Part shown: one piece after another, positions 20,042-29,605 of the stretch
Layout: each line of letters starts with the position of its first letter
How positions within the stretch are numbered: the stretch's first letter is position 1
Assembly (NCBI GenBank): GCA_016870475.1
Contig: VGBO01000005.1
Coordinates: 339 to 64,338 of the forward strand
DNA from: Actinomycetota bacterium
GTDB taxonomy: Bacteria; Actinomycetota; Acidimicrobiia; Acidimicrobiales; CAIXPF01
DNA: 64,000 nucleotides
Direction: 5' to 3'
Program-made: the position numbers and the translations under genes
The notes under the pieces: model-generated
Databases searched by the model: none
Seen by the model: the letters and a program-made list of their open reading frames with translations, nothing else
What the model was told of the DNA's origin: nothing

Positions 20042-20075
20042 GGGTCGGCGAGGCTACCAACTAGGCTCGACGGGC

Positions 20076-21368
20076 GTGCTGGTGATCCGGGGTGGCGACG
20101 TCGTCGACGAACACGGACGACGCCGTGGGGATGTTGCCGTGGACGACGGATCGGTCGTGGCGGTCGCCCCGTCGATCGACCCGCCGGCCGGTGCGACCGT
20201 GCTCGACGCCTCCGGCTGTCTCGTGACCCCGGGGCTGGTCGACCTGCACGTCCACCTTCGCCAGCCCGGCGGCGAGGAGGCCGAGACCGTCGAGACGGGC
20301 AGCCGGGGCGCAGCGCTCGGCGGGTTCACCGCCGTCGTCGCCATGCCGAACACCACGCCCGCCCAGGACGACGTCGAGGTGATCCGGGCCGTACGACGCT
20401 GGGCGGCCGAGGCCGACCTGTGCGACGTGCACCCCTCGGCGGCGATCACGGTCGGCCGGGCCGGTGAGCGTCTCGTCGACTTCGTCGCGCTGCACGCCGC
20501 GGGCGTCCGCATCTTCACCGACGACGGCAACGAGGTCGCCGACGCCGCACTCATGCGCGCCGCGTTCGAGGCGTGCCTCCCCCTGCCGGGGGCGGTGCTC
20601 GGCCAGCACGCCGAGTGCGCGTCCCTCGTCTGCGACGGCCACCTGCACGAGGGCGCCGTGTCCGCGGCGCTCGGCCTCGGCGGGCGCCCGGCGGCGGCCG
20701 AGGAGATCACCGTCGCCCGAGACCTCGCACTCCTCCGTCTGACCGGCGGCCGCCTGCACGTGCTCCATGCGTCGTGCGCGACGACCGCTGCGCTCGTCCG
20801 CGCCGCGAAGGCGGAAGGCCTCCGGGTGACGATGGAGGTGACCCCGCAGCACCTCGTGCTGACCGATGCGGCGTGCGCCGCCGGTGATCCGACCTTCAAG
20901 GTGAACCCGCCGCTCCGACCCGGCTCCGATGTCGACGCTCTGCGGCTCGCCCTCGCCGACGGCACGGTCGACGCCATCGCCACCGACCACGCCCCCCATG
21001 CCCCCCACACCAAGGCCCGCCCCTTCGCCGACGCGCCGCCGGGCATGCTCGGGCTCGAGACGGCGGTCGGCGTCGCGCTCACCACGGTGGTCGGCGGGGG
21101 CCATGCGTCGCTCGAGACGGTCCTCGGCGCCCTGTCGTGGCGGCCGGCACGCATCGCCGGCATGACCGACCAGGGGCGCCCGGTCGCCCCCGGCGAACCG
21201 GCGAACCTGTGCGTCATCGACCCCGAGGCACGCTGGAAGGTCGACGCGGCGATGATGGCGAGCCGGTCACGCAACTCGCCGTTCGCCGGTTGGGACCTCC
21301 GCGGCCGGGTCCGTCACACCCTGCGGCGCGGCGAACCCGTGGTGCTCGACGGCACGGCGCAGCGGTGA
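20076..21368 (+). CDS. pyrC: Dihydroorotase (type I)
   Basis: PGLVDLHVHLRQPG, MPNT, FTDDG, EVTPQHL, KVNPPLR, ATDHAPH, SRNSPF. Confidence 0.9.
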   Translation: MLVIRGGDVVDEHGRRRGDVAVDDGSVVAVAPSIDPPAGATVLDASGCLVTPGLVDLHVHLRQPGGEEAETVETGSRGAALGGFTAVVAMPNTTPAQDDVEVIRAVRRWAAEADLCDVHPSAAITVGRAGERLVDFVALHAAGVRIFTDDGNEVADAALMRAAFEACLPLPGAVLGQHAECASLVCDGHLHEGAVSAALGLGGRPAAAEEITVARDLALLRLTGGRLHVLHASCATTAALVRAAKAEGLRVTMEVTPQHLVLTDAACAAGDPTFKVNPPLRPGSDVDALRLALADGTVDAIATDHAPHAPHTKARPFADAPPGMLGLETAVGVALTTVVGGGHASLETVLGALSWRPARIAGMTDQGRPVAPGEPANLCVIDPEARWKVDAAMMASRSRNSPFAGWDLRGRVRHTLRRGEPVVLDGTAQR

Positions 21369-21399
21369 TCGGCGCGCAGACGATGACGGAGGTCGCACG

Positions 21400-22590
21400 A
21401 TGAGAGCGCTGCAGTTCCGCCGCGAGGAACTCCGCTACGCGGCCGCTGCGATCGGCTCGCGGCTCTTCGGCGCGGACGGCGCTCGCGTCGGCCCGCTGCA
21501 CCTCGTCGACGTCGAACCGCCCACGCTCCCCGCACCCGACTGGGTGCGGGTGCGACCCCTGCTCGCAGGGATCTGCGGGTCGGACCTGACCACGGTCGCC
21601 GGCGGTTCCGCCCGATACTTCGACGACCACGTGTCCTTCCCCTTCGTGCTCGGCCACGAGATCGTGGGGATGACGGAGGACGGTCGGCGAGTGGTCGTCG
21701 AACCGGTGCTCGGACCGGAGGCACGCAACGGGACGGTCCCCTTCGAGGGAGCCGGACCGGGCGATGCGACGGACTACGACCACCTGCTCGACGGGCCGCT
21801 CGAACGAGGGATCCAGATCGGGTTCTGCGCGTCGACCGGCGGCGGATGGTCCACCGGGTTCGTCGCCCACCCCTCGCAGCTCCACGAGGTCCCCGAGACG
21901 CTCGACGACGACACCGCCGTGCTCGTCGAACCGCTCGCCGTCGCCGTGCACGCCGTGCTCCGCGGCGCCGTCCCCGACGGTGACGCCACCGTCGCCGTCC
22001 TCGGTGCGGGCACGATGGGGTTGCTCACGATCGCCGCGCTTCGGGCGTTGCGGCCGGACTGCCGGGTGATCGTGGGCGCCAAGTACCCCCACCAGCAGGT
22101 CCTCGCCCGGCGCCTCGGTGCCACGACGGTCGTCGAACCGGCCGGGCTCGCCCGGGCGGTCCGTCGTGCGGTCGGCTGCCGGATGATCGGCGCCGATCTG
22201 ACGGGCGGCGCCGAGGTCACCATCGACACCCTCGGCACGTCGCGGTCGATCCGCGAGGCGATCGGGATCACCCGACCGCGCGGACGCGTCGTGCTCATGG
22301 GCATGCCGGCGACCGTGCGACTCGAACTGACGGCGCTGTGGCACCGGGAGACCGAGCTCGTCGGCACCTACTGCTACGCGACCGACCCGCTGCCGGACGG
22401 TGGCCGTCGCTCGTCGTTCTCCCTCGCGCTCGATCTCGCGGCGAACGGCCTCGGGAACGAGCTCGGTCGTCTCGTGTCCGCCCGCTACCCGCTCGACCGG
22501 TATCGGGACGCGATCGCCCACGCCTCGCAGGCGGGTATGCGGCAGTCCGTAAAGGTGTGCTTCGACCTTCGGGACGAGAAGATCCGGTGA
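21400..22590 (+). CDS. Zinc-binding (MDR) dehydrogenase
   Basis: AGICGSD, LGHE, EPLAVAVHA, GAGTMG, WHRETEL. Confidence 0.87.
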   Translation: MRALQFRREELRYAAAAIGSRLFGADGARVGPLHLVDVEPPTLPAPDWVRVRPLLAGICGSDLTTVAGGSARYFDDHVSFPFVLGHEIVGMTEDGRRVVVEPVLGPEARNGTVPFEGAGPGDATDYDHLLDGPLERGIQIGFCASTGGGWSTGFVAHPSQLHEVPETLDDDTAVLVEPLAVAVHAVLRGAVPDGDATVAVLGAGTMGLLTIAALRALRPDCRVIVGAKYPHQQVLARRLGATTVVEPAGLARAVRRAVGCRMIGADLTGGAEVTIDTLGTSRSIREAIGITRPRGRVVLMGMPATVRLELTALWHRETELVGTYCYATDPLPDGGRRSSFSLALDLAANGLGNELGRLVSARYPLDRYRDAIAHASQAGMRQSVKVCFDLRDEKIR

Positions 22591-22626
22591 TCGTTCGGGG
22601 CGGTCACACCCCGGGTCAGCGACGGA

Positions 22627-22791
22627 TCAGCGCTCTTCCCGGAACACCACGTGTCGGCGGAGCACCGGGTCGTACTTCTTGATCTCGAGTCGTTCCCGCG
22701 TGTTGACCTTGTTCTTCCTGGTCACGTACGTGTAGCCGGAGCCCTCGGTGGAACGCAGCTTGATGATCGGGCGCTTGTCGTTCTTCGGCAT
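22627..22791 (-). CDS. rpmG: 50S ribosomal protein L33, Cys-free (Zn-independent) form; absent from the ORF track
   Basis: Manual translation: [54 protein letters not shown] (54 aa). Confidence 0.96.
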   Translation of the reverse strand: MPKNDKRPIIKLRSTEGSGYTYVTRKNKVNTRERLEIKKYDPVLRRHVVFREER

Positions 22792-22807
22792 GGTTCGACC
22801 GACCCTC

Positions 22808-23044
22808 TCAGATCTTCTCGCCGCGGGAGCGCATCTCGGCGAGGACCGCCTCGATGCCCTTCTTGTTGATGGTCTTGATGCCCTTCGCGGAGACGCGCAG
22901 GGTCACCCAGCGGCGCTCGCCCGGGATCCAGAAGCGCTGCTTCTGGATGTTCGGGTCCCACCGACGGCGGGTCTTGCGATGCGAGTGGGAGATGGTGTTG
23001 CCGAAGCTGGGCTTACGGCCGGTCACCTGGCAGATCATTGACAT
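22808..23044 (-). CDS. rpmB: 50S ribosomal protein L28, long Zn-independent form
   Basis: [30 protein letters not shown]...[13 protein letters not shown]; only one Cys. Confidence 0.96.
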   Translation of the reverse strand: MSMICQVTGRKPSFGNTISHSHRKTRRRWDPNIQKQRFWIPGERRWVTLRVSAKGIKTINKKGIEAVLAEMRSRGEKI

Positions 23045-23155
23045 GGTGTGCAGTCCTCGTGGAGCGACGCGCGGGTCGCACAGCGGGTCATGATCCTAGT
23101 CCGTCCGACCCCGACCTCCACAAGGCGGGAGCGGGGCGAGGCGGTGCGACGACGG

Positions 23156-23680
23156 TCAGTACTCGATCCCCCGCCGGGCTTGGATGCCCCGGTCGTAGGC
23201 GTGCTTCACCTTGCGCATCTCCGTGACCGTGTCGGCGAGGGTGATGAGCTCGGCCGGGCAGTTGCGCCCGGTGAGGACGACGTTGGTCCCCGGCGAACGG
23301 TCCCGCACCGCTGCGACGACGTCGGCGACGTCCACCCACCCGAAGGACATCGTGTAGGTGATCTCGTCGAGGATCACCAGGTCGAACTCCCCGCTCGAGA
23401 GACGCTCGCGCGCGATCGCCCAGGCGTGACGGGCCTTCGCCGCGGTCTCGTCGAGATCGGTCGAATCCCAGGTGAAGCCGTCGCCCGCCTCGTGGAACTC
23501 GATGCCGAGCTCGGCGGCGAGCTTCCGCTCCCCCGTCTTCCACTCACCGGACTTGAGGAACTGCACGACCCCGACCCGCCAACCCCGCGCCCACCCTCGG
23601 GCCATCACCCCGAACGCCGAGGACGACTTGCCCTTCCCGTCACCGGTGTTGACGAGCACGAGGGAGGTGGGCCGGGCCAT
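23156..23680 (-). CDS. cobO: Cob(I)yrinic acid a,c-diamide adenosyltransferase (CobO/BtuR)
   Basis: NTGDGKGKSSSAFG, VVQFLK, GDGFTW, ILDEI, LTGR, ADTVTEM, KHAY, GIEY. Confidence 0.93.
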   Translation of the reverse strand: MARPTSLVLVNTGDGKGKSSSAFGVMARGWARGWRVGVVQFLKSGEWKTGERKLAAELGIEFHEAGDGFTWDSTDLDETAAKARHAWAIARERLSSGEFDLVILDEITYTMSFGWVDVADVVAAVRDRSPGTNVVLTGRNCPAELITLADTVTEMRKVKHAYDRGIQARRGIEY

Positions 23681-23710
23681 GGGCGACGACGCTAGGGCGC
23701 ACGCGGACGC

Positions 23711-24319
23711 TCAGCCGACCCGCTCCTCCTGCCAACGACGCCACGCCCACGTCATCCGGTAGTGCTCCCGGGCGAGCCGGAACACGAGCACCCGGCCGGC
23801 CTCGGCGGGGACACCGAGCACCCGGACCCGGGTCTCCGCGACCCGGTACCCGAGCCGGGTCGGGATCCGGGCGCTCACCTGGTGGGCGACGTCGCAGTGC
23901 ACCTCGAGCGTGTCGACACCGGGGAGCTGGAAGCCGGCGAAGGTCAACGCAGTCGCTGCCGCTCCGGCGACGCCGCGCTCGACGTGGTCGACGTCGGTCC
24001 AGTAACCGATGGTGCGCACGCCCGGGTGCTCGGTCGGCCAGAGACCGCACGAGCCGGCGAAGCGTCCGTCACGCCAGACGCCGTACACGTACGCCCGACC
24101 ACTCCGCCAGGCGTCGTCGACGTCGACGAGCGATCGCTCGACGAGGTCCCGACGGAACGGCGCCGCCGCCCACGGCTCCCACACCGCGAGGTGCTCGCGG
24201 CTGCGCTCCAGCGACCCGAGGTAGTCGTCGAGGTCGTCGGGGCGGAGCCGACGCACGGTGACGTCCGCGATCCGCAGCAGTTCGGGTGGCGTCCCCGCTG
24301 CGGCAGCCTCCCCGGTCAC
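23711..24319 (-). CDS. GNAT N-acetyltransferase (RimJ/RimL-like)
   Basis: SREHLAVWEPWA, IGYW, RGVA, HCD, SARIPTRLGY. Confidence 0.85.
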   Translation of the reverse strand: MTGEAAAAGTPPELLRIADVTVRRLRPDDLDDYLGSLERSREHLAVWEPWAAAPFRRDLVERSLVDVDDAWRSGRAYVYGVWRDGRFAGSCGLWPTEHPGVRTIGYWTDVDHVERGVAGAAATALTFAGFQLPGVDTLEVHCDVAHQVSARIPTRLGYRVAETRVRVLGVPAEAGRVLVFRLAREHYRMTWAWRRWQEERVG

Positions 24320-24327
24320 GGCGGCGC

Positions 24328-25002
24328 TCAGGGGATGACGACGTGCTCGGTGGCGATCACGAAGGGGAGGTCGCCGCCCGGGTCGTCCATGAAGTTGACC
24401 TCGTCGGCCCGGGTGGCTGCGAGCTCCGGCGTGACCGCCGAGGCGCGCAGGTCGTCGAAGGAGTCGAACCAGGTCATCGGGACGCCGTCATAGGACGGCG
24501 CACGGCCCGACGTGTAGGCGCTCGGTCGCACGTGGTTCTGGACGTAGCGCCGCATGTACGGGTTCCGGGCGGCGATCGGCCCATGGGTGGTTCGCCAGTA
24601 GTCCTGGAACACGACGATGTCGAGCCCGGGGCGACGACGGATGAACGCTGCGAACTTCAGCGGCGCCCGCGGTCCGTCGAGGATCACCTGCTCCGTGCAG
24701 AAGATCGCCTCCATCCCCTCGACGTCGAGGAACTCCAACTCGTCGGTCCGCACGGCCGCGTACGCCGCACTCGCGGCGTTCGTCCGCAGCGCGTCGGTGT
24801 CGTCGAACCAGGTCTCGGCGAACCCGTCGATGAACGGCTCACGCCCGCCCGCGTACGCCGAGGGGTGCGTCGGGTTCTGCGTGTAGTGCCGCAGCCCGGG
24901 CATGCGCACGACCTTCTCGGCGTGCGGGCCCTGCCAATGGCGGACGAACGCCTCCGGCGACAGATCCGCCCGACGCTTGAACCACGTGACGACCTTGATC
25001 AC
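24328..25002 (-). CDS. Tandem EthD-domain protein
   Basis: Two repeats of RR..L....F..(H/Y)W...H ... YxQN ... DG...TWFD ... RxDE..F. Confidence 0.85.
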   Translation of the reverse strand: MIKVVTWFKRRADLSPEAFVRHWQGPHAEKVVRMPGLRHYTQNPTHPSAYAGGREPFIDGFAETWFDDTDALRTNAASAAYAAVRTDELEFLDVEGMEAIFCTEQVILDGPRAPLKFAAFIRRRPGLDIVVFQDYWRTTHGPIAARNPYMRRYVQNHVRPSAYTSGRAPSYDGVPMTWFDSFDDLRASAVTPELAATRADEVNFMDDPGGDLPFVIATEHVVIP

Positions 25003-25028
25003 GACGACCTCCCCCGGTCGCCGGCAGG

Positions 25029-26000
25029 CTAGTTCTGGCGCAACGACGCCACACGGAGATCACCCTCCGCCGGTGGCAGGTGGCCGTCGCGCAGCGATCG
25101 TGGCCACAGCCGACGGGCGTGGACCACGTTCACCTCCGCCGACACGATGACGAGCTGGCCGACGAGCCAGAAGAACGTGAGCAGGCCGATGACGCCGGCG
25201 AAGTCCCGGTAGGTCACCGACGCCGAGACGATCACCTGCGACAGATAGCGCTCGCCGATCGTGCGCAGCACCAGCCATCCGACCCCGGCGACGACCGACC
25301 CGGCGACGAGGTCACGCCACCGTGCCGACCGCGGCGACAACAGCCGGAACCCGAGCAGGAATACCGCAACGGTGACGACGAGGCTCGCCACCAGGATGAG
25401 GACGGATCCGACGAAGGGCAGTTCGACGAGCACCGCCGCGACCGGCGAGGTGATCGCCGACCCGGCGATGAACAGACCGATCACCCCGAGCAGGCGGACA
25501 CCTCGCAGCCGACGGTGCAGGAACCACGGTCGTTCCTCACGGGGGACGTCCCACACGTCGTGGAAGGCGATCTGCGTCGTGTCGACCACCCGGAGCCCAC
25601 CCCAGACCGCGATCACGAGACCGGTGACGACCGCGACCGCCGAACCGGTCAGCGAGCCGATGTCGTGGCGGATCTGCATCCCGACGATCGGGATGTCGGT
25701 GAACGCAGAGTCGACGATGCGCTGCTGCAGCTCGGGGTCGCCGTCGAGCACGAACCCGAGCACCGCCGTGGCGACGAGGAGGAGCGGGAACACGGAGAAG
25801 AAGGAGAAGTACGAGACGAGCGCCGCCATCTGGCCGCCCCGGTCATGGAGGTACTTCCGCACGACCGCCACCACGAACGCAGCGGGAACGAACCGTCGCT
25901 GTGCGAGGTCGATCCGGTCGAGGAACTGGAGCGGACGACCGTCGATGCGGGCCGAGCGGTCCACCGAGGGGCGCAACCAGTCGGGGACCTGGTCCGTCAC
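25029..26000 (-). CDS. YihY/BrkB family membrane protein
   Basis: AALVSYFSFFSVFPLLL, several TM segments, GLLTFFWL, AEVNVV; GTG at 26000. Confidence 0.88.
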   Translation of the reverse strand: MTDQVPDWLRPSVDRSARIDGRPLQFLDRIDLAQRRFVPAAFVVAVVRKYLHDRGGQMAALVSYFSFFSVFPLLLVATAVLGFVLDGDPELQQRIVDSAFTDIPIVGMQIRHDIGSLTGSAVAVVTGLVIAVWGGLRVVDTTQIAFHDVWDVPREERPWFLHRRLRGVRLLGVIGLFIAGSAITSPVAAVLVELPFVGSVLILVASLVVTVAVFLLGFRLLSPRSARWRDLVAGSVVAGVGWLVLRTIGERYLSQVIVSASVTYRDFAGVIGLLTFFWLVGQLVIVSAEVNVVHARRLWPRSLRDGHLPPAEGDLRVASLRQN

Positions 26001-26007
26001 CCGATCC

Positions 26008-27150
26008 TCAGAGGAAGTTGAGCGGGTCGACCGGTGTGCCGCCGACGCGGATCTCGAAGTGGAGGTGCGGCCCGGTCGAGAGCCCGGTCGACCCCAGGTA
26101 GCCGATGAGGTCACCGCGGCGGACCCGTTCGCCGACGCCGACCGTCGTCTCGAGCAGGTGCGCGTACAACGACGAGACGCCACCGTCGTGGGCGATGATC
26201 ACGCAGTAGCCGTAGCCGCCGTTCCAACCCGAGAAGATCACCTCGCCGCCCTTGGCTGCGCCGATCGGGTCGCCGGAGTCACCGGCCAGGTCGATGCCGG
26301 CGTGGAGCCGCTCGTACCCGAGGACCGGATGCATGCGCCATCCGAAGTAGGACGAGATCGAACCGTTGTGCGGCCAACCGAACCCGCTCGCCGACTCCGA
26401 TGTCAGCGGCGGCGTGCCGCCCCGACCGTAGCGACTCGACAGGAACTGGTTGATCACCGACGACAGCTCCGCCTCGGCGGCCTCGAGCTCGGCCTTGCGA
26501 GCCTCGACGTCGCCGATGCGACTGCGGAGCGCGTCGACGAGCCGGGCCTGGGTGTCGCGCTGCGCGGCGAGCTGGGCCTCGGCGGCCGCGACCCGCTGCT
26601 GGAGGTCCTCGGCTTCGATCCGCTTCCGTTCCGCCGCCTCGCGGTCGCGGAGCTGCTTCTGGCGGAGCCCACGGAGCTGTTCCATGTCGTCGCCGAATCG
26701 ACCGCGCACCGCGCCGAGGAGCTGGCTCCGCTGCGTCGCCTCGCGGGCGTCGGAGGCGCTGAACCACTGGTTGTCGCCACCGAGCCCGCCGATGTAGGCG
26801 TCGACGACCGCCCGGGAGATCCGTTCCTCGGTGGTGGCGATCTCCGAGGCGGTCGCCTCGAGCGCCCGTCTGCGGTCGTCGAGCTCGACCTGGGCAGCGA
26901 ACAGTGCGGCGTTCGCGTTGGCGAGTTCCGCCTGCGTGTCGCGCAGGGCGGCTTCGACGGCCTCGAGCGCCTCGCCGATCTCCGCCGCCTCGGCGTTGAG
27001 CAGGTCGAGCTCGGCGGCGAGCTGCGCCTGCTGTGCCCGGTTCGCCTCGCGCTGGGCGCGCGCGTCCTCCAACGACTGGGCGGCGGCGGGGAGGCCGGCC
27101 AGCCCGACCACCAGGGCGGTCGCAACGGCGAGGAACGGTCGACGGAGCAT
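26008..27150 (-). CDS. Secreted M23 metalloendopeptidase with coiled coil (EnvC/MepM-like)
   Basis: Signal peptide, long Ala/Glu-rich coiled coil, HAGID, GYG, YAHL, STGLSTGPHLHFE. Confidence 0.92.
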   Translation of the reverse strand: MLRRPFLAVATALVVGLAGLPAAAQSLEDARAQREANRAQQAQLAAELDLLNAEAAEIGEALEAVEAALRDTQAELANANAALFAAQVELDDRRRALEATASEIATTEERISRAVVDAYIGGLGGDNQWFSASDAREATQRSQLLGAVRGRFGDDMEQLRGLRQKQLRDREAAERKRIEAEDLQQRVAAAEAQLAAQRDTQARLVDALRSRIGDVEARKAELEAAEAELSSVINQFLSSRYGRGGTPPLTSESASGFGWPHNGSISSYFGWRMHPVLGYERLHAGIDLAGDSGDPIGAAKGGEVIFSGWNGGYGYCVIIAHDGGVSSLYAHLLETTVGVGERVRRGDLIGYLGSTGLSTGPHLHFEIRVGGTPVDPLNFL

Positions 27151-27251
27151 CAGGTGTAGGGATCCGACGCCACGGGTACGGCGACGGGGCGCTCTCACGC
27201 TACCAGCGTGGTTCCCCGACGCAGTGCTGGCGCGCGCCCGAATCACCGGTT

Positions 27252-28457
27252 TCAGTGTGGGAAACGCTCCCGGAGCCATGTCACGACGAGGTCCATCGCC
27301 TCACGTCGATGCCCTTCGAGGTAGTGCGGCGCGCCGACCATCTCGTGGTAGGTCTTGTCCACGGCGCCGAGGTTCTCGAACGCCTCACGCGCCTGGTGCA
27401 CGCGGATCTCCGTGTCGGCGGTCGGGTGCAGGAACAGTGAGGGCACCGTGACCTGCGGCGCGGTGTCCGCCAAGCGGGCGTGCGAGGACAACCCGGACCA
27501 CGTCGACAGCCACCCGCGGTCGGTCATCGTCCGGGCGAGACCGCCGCGGCCGTAGTTGGCCTCGAAGGGATCCGGGTGGGCGAACAGACTGCCGATCGGC
27601 CGGTCGTCGGGGTCGATGGACAGGTCGAGGTACGCCGGGTCGGCGAGCGTCCGGTAGATGGTCAGGTAGCGAGTGCCGACCCCCCGGGCACGAGCCGCCC
27701 GCCAGGCGGCCGATCCGCGTTCGAGCGCTCGGGCCTCCTCGCGTGCGGCGGCCTGCTCGGCGAGGGCCGTCTTCGCGAGCGCGTCGATGCGGGCGACCCG
27801 GTCGCGCTGCGCCGCCCGGTACCGGGCCAGCCACGCCGGGTCGTAGGAGCAGGGCTGCGGCCACGGACGCCACCCGTTGTCGGGGTTGTACATGTCGAGC
27901 TCGGGGACCGTCGAGAACGGGTCCGACTCGTCCGCGACCGACGGGTCGATCACCTGCAGCATGAAGACGCCCTCACCGGGGTGCGCCGCCATGCCGACCC
28001 AACCGTCGCCGCACCCGGTCTCCGCCTGGGTGAGCGCCATGAGCGAACCTCCGCCCGAGTTGCCGAGCAGGATCACCGCCTCGGCTCCACGCCGCCGCAT
28101 CTCCTCGACGGCCGTCCGCACGTCGATCACGCACTTCTCGTGCAGACAGTCGGTGTCGTTGTTCTGGTACCGGGTGCCGAAGCCGAGCACCGCGTAGCCG
28201 GCGGCGGCGAGCAACGGGCACGCATAGTGCACCGAGAAGTCGCCCCTCGGGTGGCTCAGCACCACGGCGGTCCGCCAGCGACCGCCGGGCGGCGTCCACA
28301 GCACCCCGCGGACGAGCGCACCGTCCTCGGTCACGAGGCGCACCGACTCCCGGCCGACAGCCACCCCCGGATCGTCCTCCGCGAGCGGCCAGTAGCCGAG
28401 ACCGGCGGGACGTTGCGCGCCCAGATGGGCGCCGGGGAAGCGATCGAGCTCCTGCAT
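27252..28457 (-). CDS. Alpha/beta hydrolase, substrate unknown
   Basis: GNSGGG nucleophile elbow, ADTEI, GAPHY; ATG at 28457. Confidence 0.82.
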   Translation of the reverse strand: MQELDRFPGAHLGAQRPAGLGYWPLAEDDPGVAVGRESVRLVTEDGALVRGVLWTPPGGRWRTAVVLSHPRGDFSVHYACPLLAAAGYAVLGFGTRYQNNDTDCLHEKCVIDVRTAVEEMRRRGAEAVILLGNSGGGSLMALTQAETGCGDGWVGMAAHPGEGVFMLQVIDPSVADESDPFSTVPELDMYNPDNGWRPWPQPCSYDPAWLARYRAAQRDRVARIDALAKTALAEQAAAREEARALERGSAAWRAARARGVGTRYLTIYRTLADPAYLDLSIDPDDRPIGSLFAHPDPFEANYGRGGLARTMTDRGWLSTWSGLSSHARLADTAPQVTVPSLFLHPTADTEIRVHQAREAFENLGAVDKTYHEMVGAPHYLEGHRREAMDLVVTWLRERFPH

Positions 28458-28523
28458 CGGCGCAGCATCCCACGGTCGGGCACCACCGTGCCGTCGGGAA
28501 CACCGTCGGTAGCATGCGACCCC

Positions 28524-29129
28524 ATGGACGCCCTCGAGGACGACGGCCCGATCGATGCGACCGGTGTCGCGCCGATGCCGCTGCGGTTCTTCGGCGACCA
28601 GGTGCTGCGACGGGTGGCGAGCCCCGTCACCGAGATCACCGACGAGGTCGTCGAGCTTGCCCGACGGATGCTCGTGACGATGGAGGTCGAGGAGGGGATC
28701 GGGCTCGCTGCACCGCAGGTCGGGGTCTCGCTGCGCGTCTTCACCCACGCGCTGCCCGAGCTCGCACCACCGGTGCTCATCAACCCCGAGATCGTGGAGT
28801 CGCGCGGCGAGTGGACCTTCCAGGAAGGGTGCCTGTCGATCCCCGGCCTCTACTACGACGTCGTCCGACCGAAGGAGCTCCACCTGCGGGCGTTGGGCCT
28901 CGACGGCGAGGTCATCGACCTCGACGCCGACGAGCTGCTCGCCCGGGTCGTGCAGCACGAACAGGACCACCTCGACGGGGTGCTCTTCATCGACCGGATC
29001 TTGGGCGACGACCGGTCCGACGCCACCGACGAGCTCGCCCGCCGGGTGGCCCGCACGCTCGGTGCCGGCGACCCCTTCCTCACCGGTGCACCGATCGCGC
29101 GGCTCCGCCGCCGTACCCCCCCGCTCTGA
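28524..29129 (+). CDS. def: Peptide deformylase
   Basis: [26 protein letters not shown]. Confidence 0.95.
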   Translation: MDALEDDGPIDATGVAPMPLRFFGDQVLRRVASPVTEITDEVVELARRMLVTMEVEEGIGLAAPQVGVSLRVFTHALPELAPPVLINPEIVESRGEWTFQEGCLSIPGLYYDVVRPKELHLRALGLDGEVIDLDADELLARVVQHEQDHLDGVLFIDRILGDDRSDATDELARRVARTLGAGDPFLTGAPIARLRRRTPPL

Positions 29130-29136
29130 GCCGTCG

Positions 29137-29595
29137 ATGGCGGACAAGCCGGACCGGTTCACGTTCCGACGCGACGACCCCGTCGCGCTCGTCGACGCCG
29201 TGCGTCGCGTCGTCGGGGCGGGTCGGGGCTGGATCAACGCGTCGCCGGTGCTCGACGACGCACCGGCGACGGCGCGCAACCCGGCGTCGTGGTTCAGTGG
29301 CCGTGGGCCGGCGGTCCCGACGGCGACGTTCGTCGCCGCCCGGTCGCCTCGGCCGCACAGCCTCGGGATCGAACACGGCAGCGGCGGTCATGCCGTCGCC
29401 CGCCTGACGGCAGGTGGGGTGGAGCTCCCCACCGGGGCGCGGCGCCGCCAGGACCATCCGCGCCGCGGTCTCGTGCTCGAGGTCCCGGCCGACGTCGATC
29501 CGGCTGCGGTCGTGCGGTTCCTGCTCGATGCGGCCGTCCTCCTCAGCGTCGTCCGCACGGACGACCGCTGGGAGGCGACCTGCTACCCGGGCTGA
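29137..29595 (+). CDS. Hypothetical protein
   Basis: ATG 7 nt after the def stop; high-GC3 codon pattern; contains [18 protein letters not shown]. Confidence 0.7.
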   Translation: MADKPDRFTFRRDDPVALVDAVRRVVGAGRGWINASPVLDDAPATARNPASWFSGRGPAVPTATFVAARSPRPHSLGIEHGSGGHAVARLTAGGVELPTGARRRQDHPRRGLVLEVPADVDPAAVVRFLLDAAVLLSVVRTDDRWEATCYPG

Positions 29596-29605
29596 CCGGT
29601 CGGGC

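Noticed and set aside
23045-23155. Zur box upstream of rpmB-rpmG
   Set aside because: No AT-rich TGAAAAT-n-ATTTTCA-like palindrome is present.
27151-27251. Possible c-di-AMP (ydaO) riboswitch before the M23 peptidase (GGGGAACCA on the minus strand)
   Set aside because: The other conserved blocks (GAAUC, CCCGAACCCGUCAGCUAAC) are not visible. A cmsearch with the ydaO-yuaA Rfam model would settle it.
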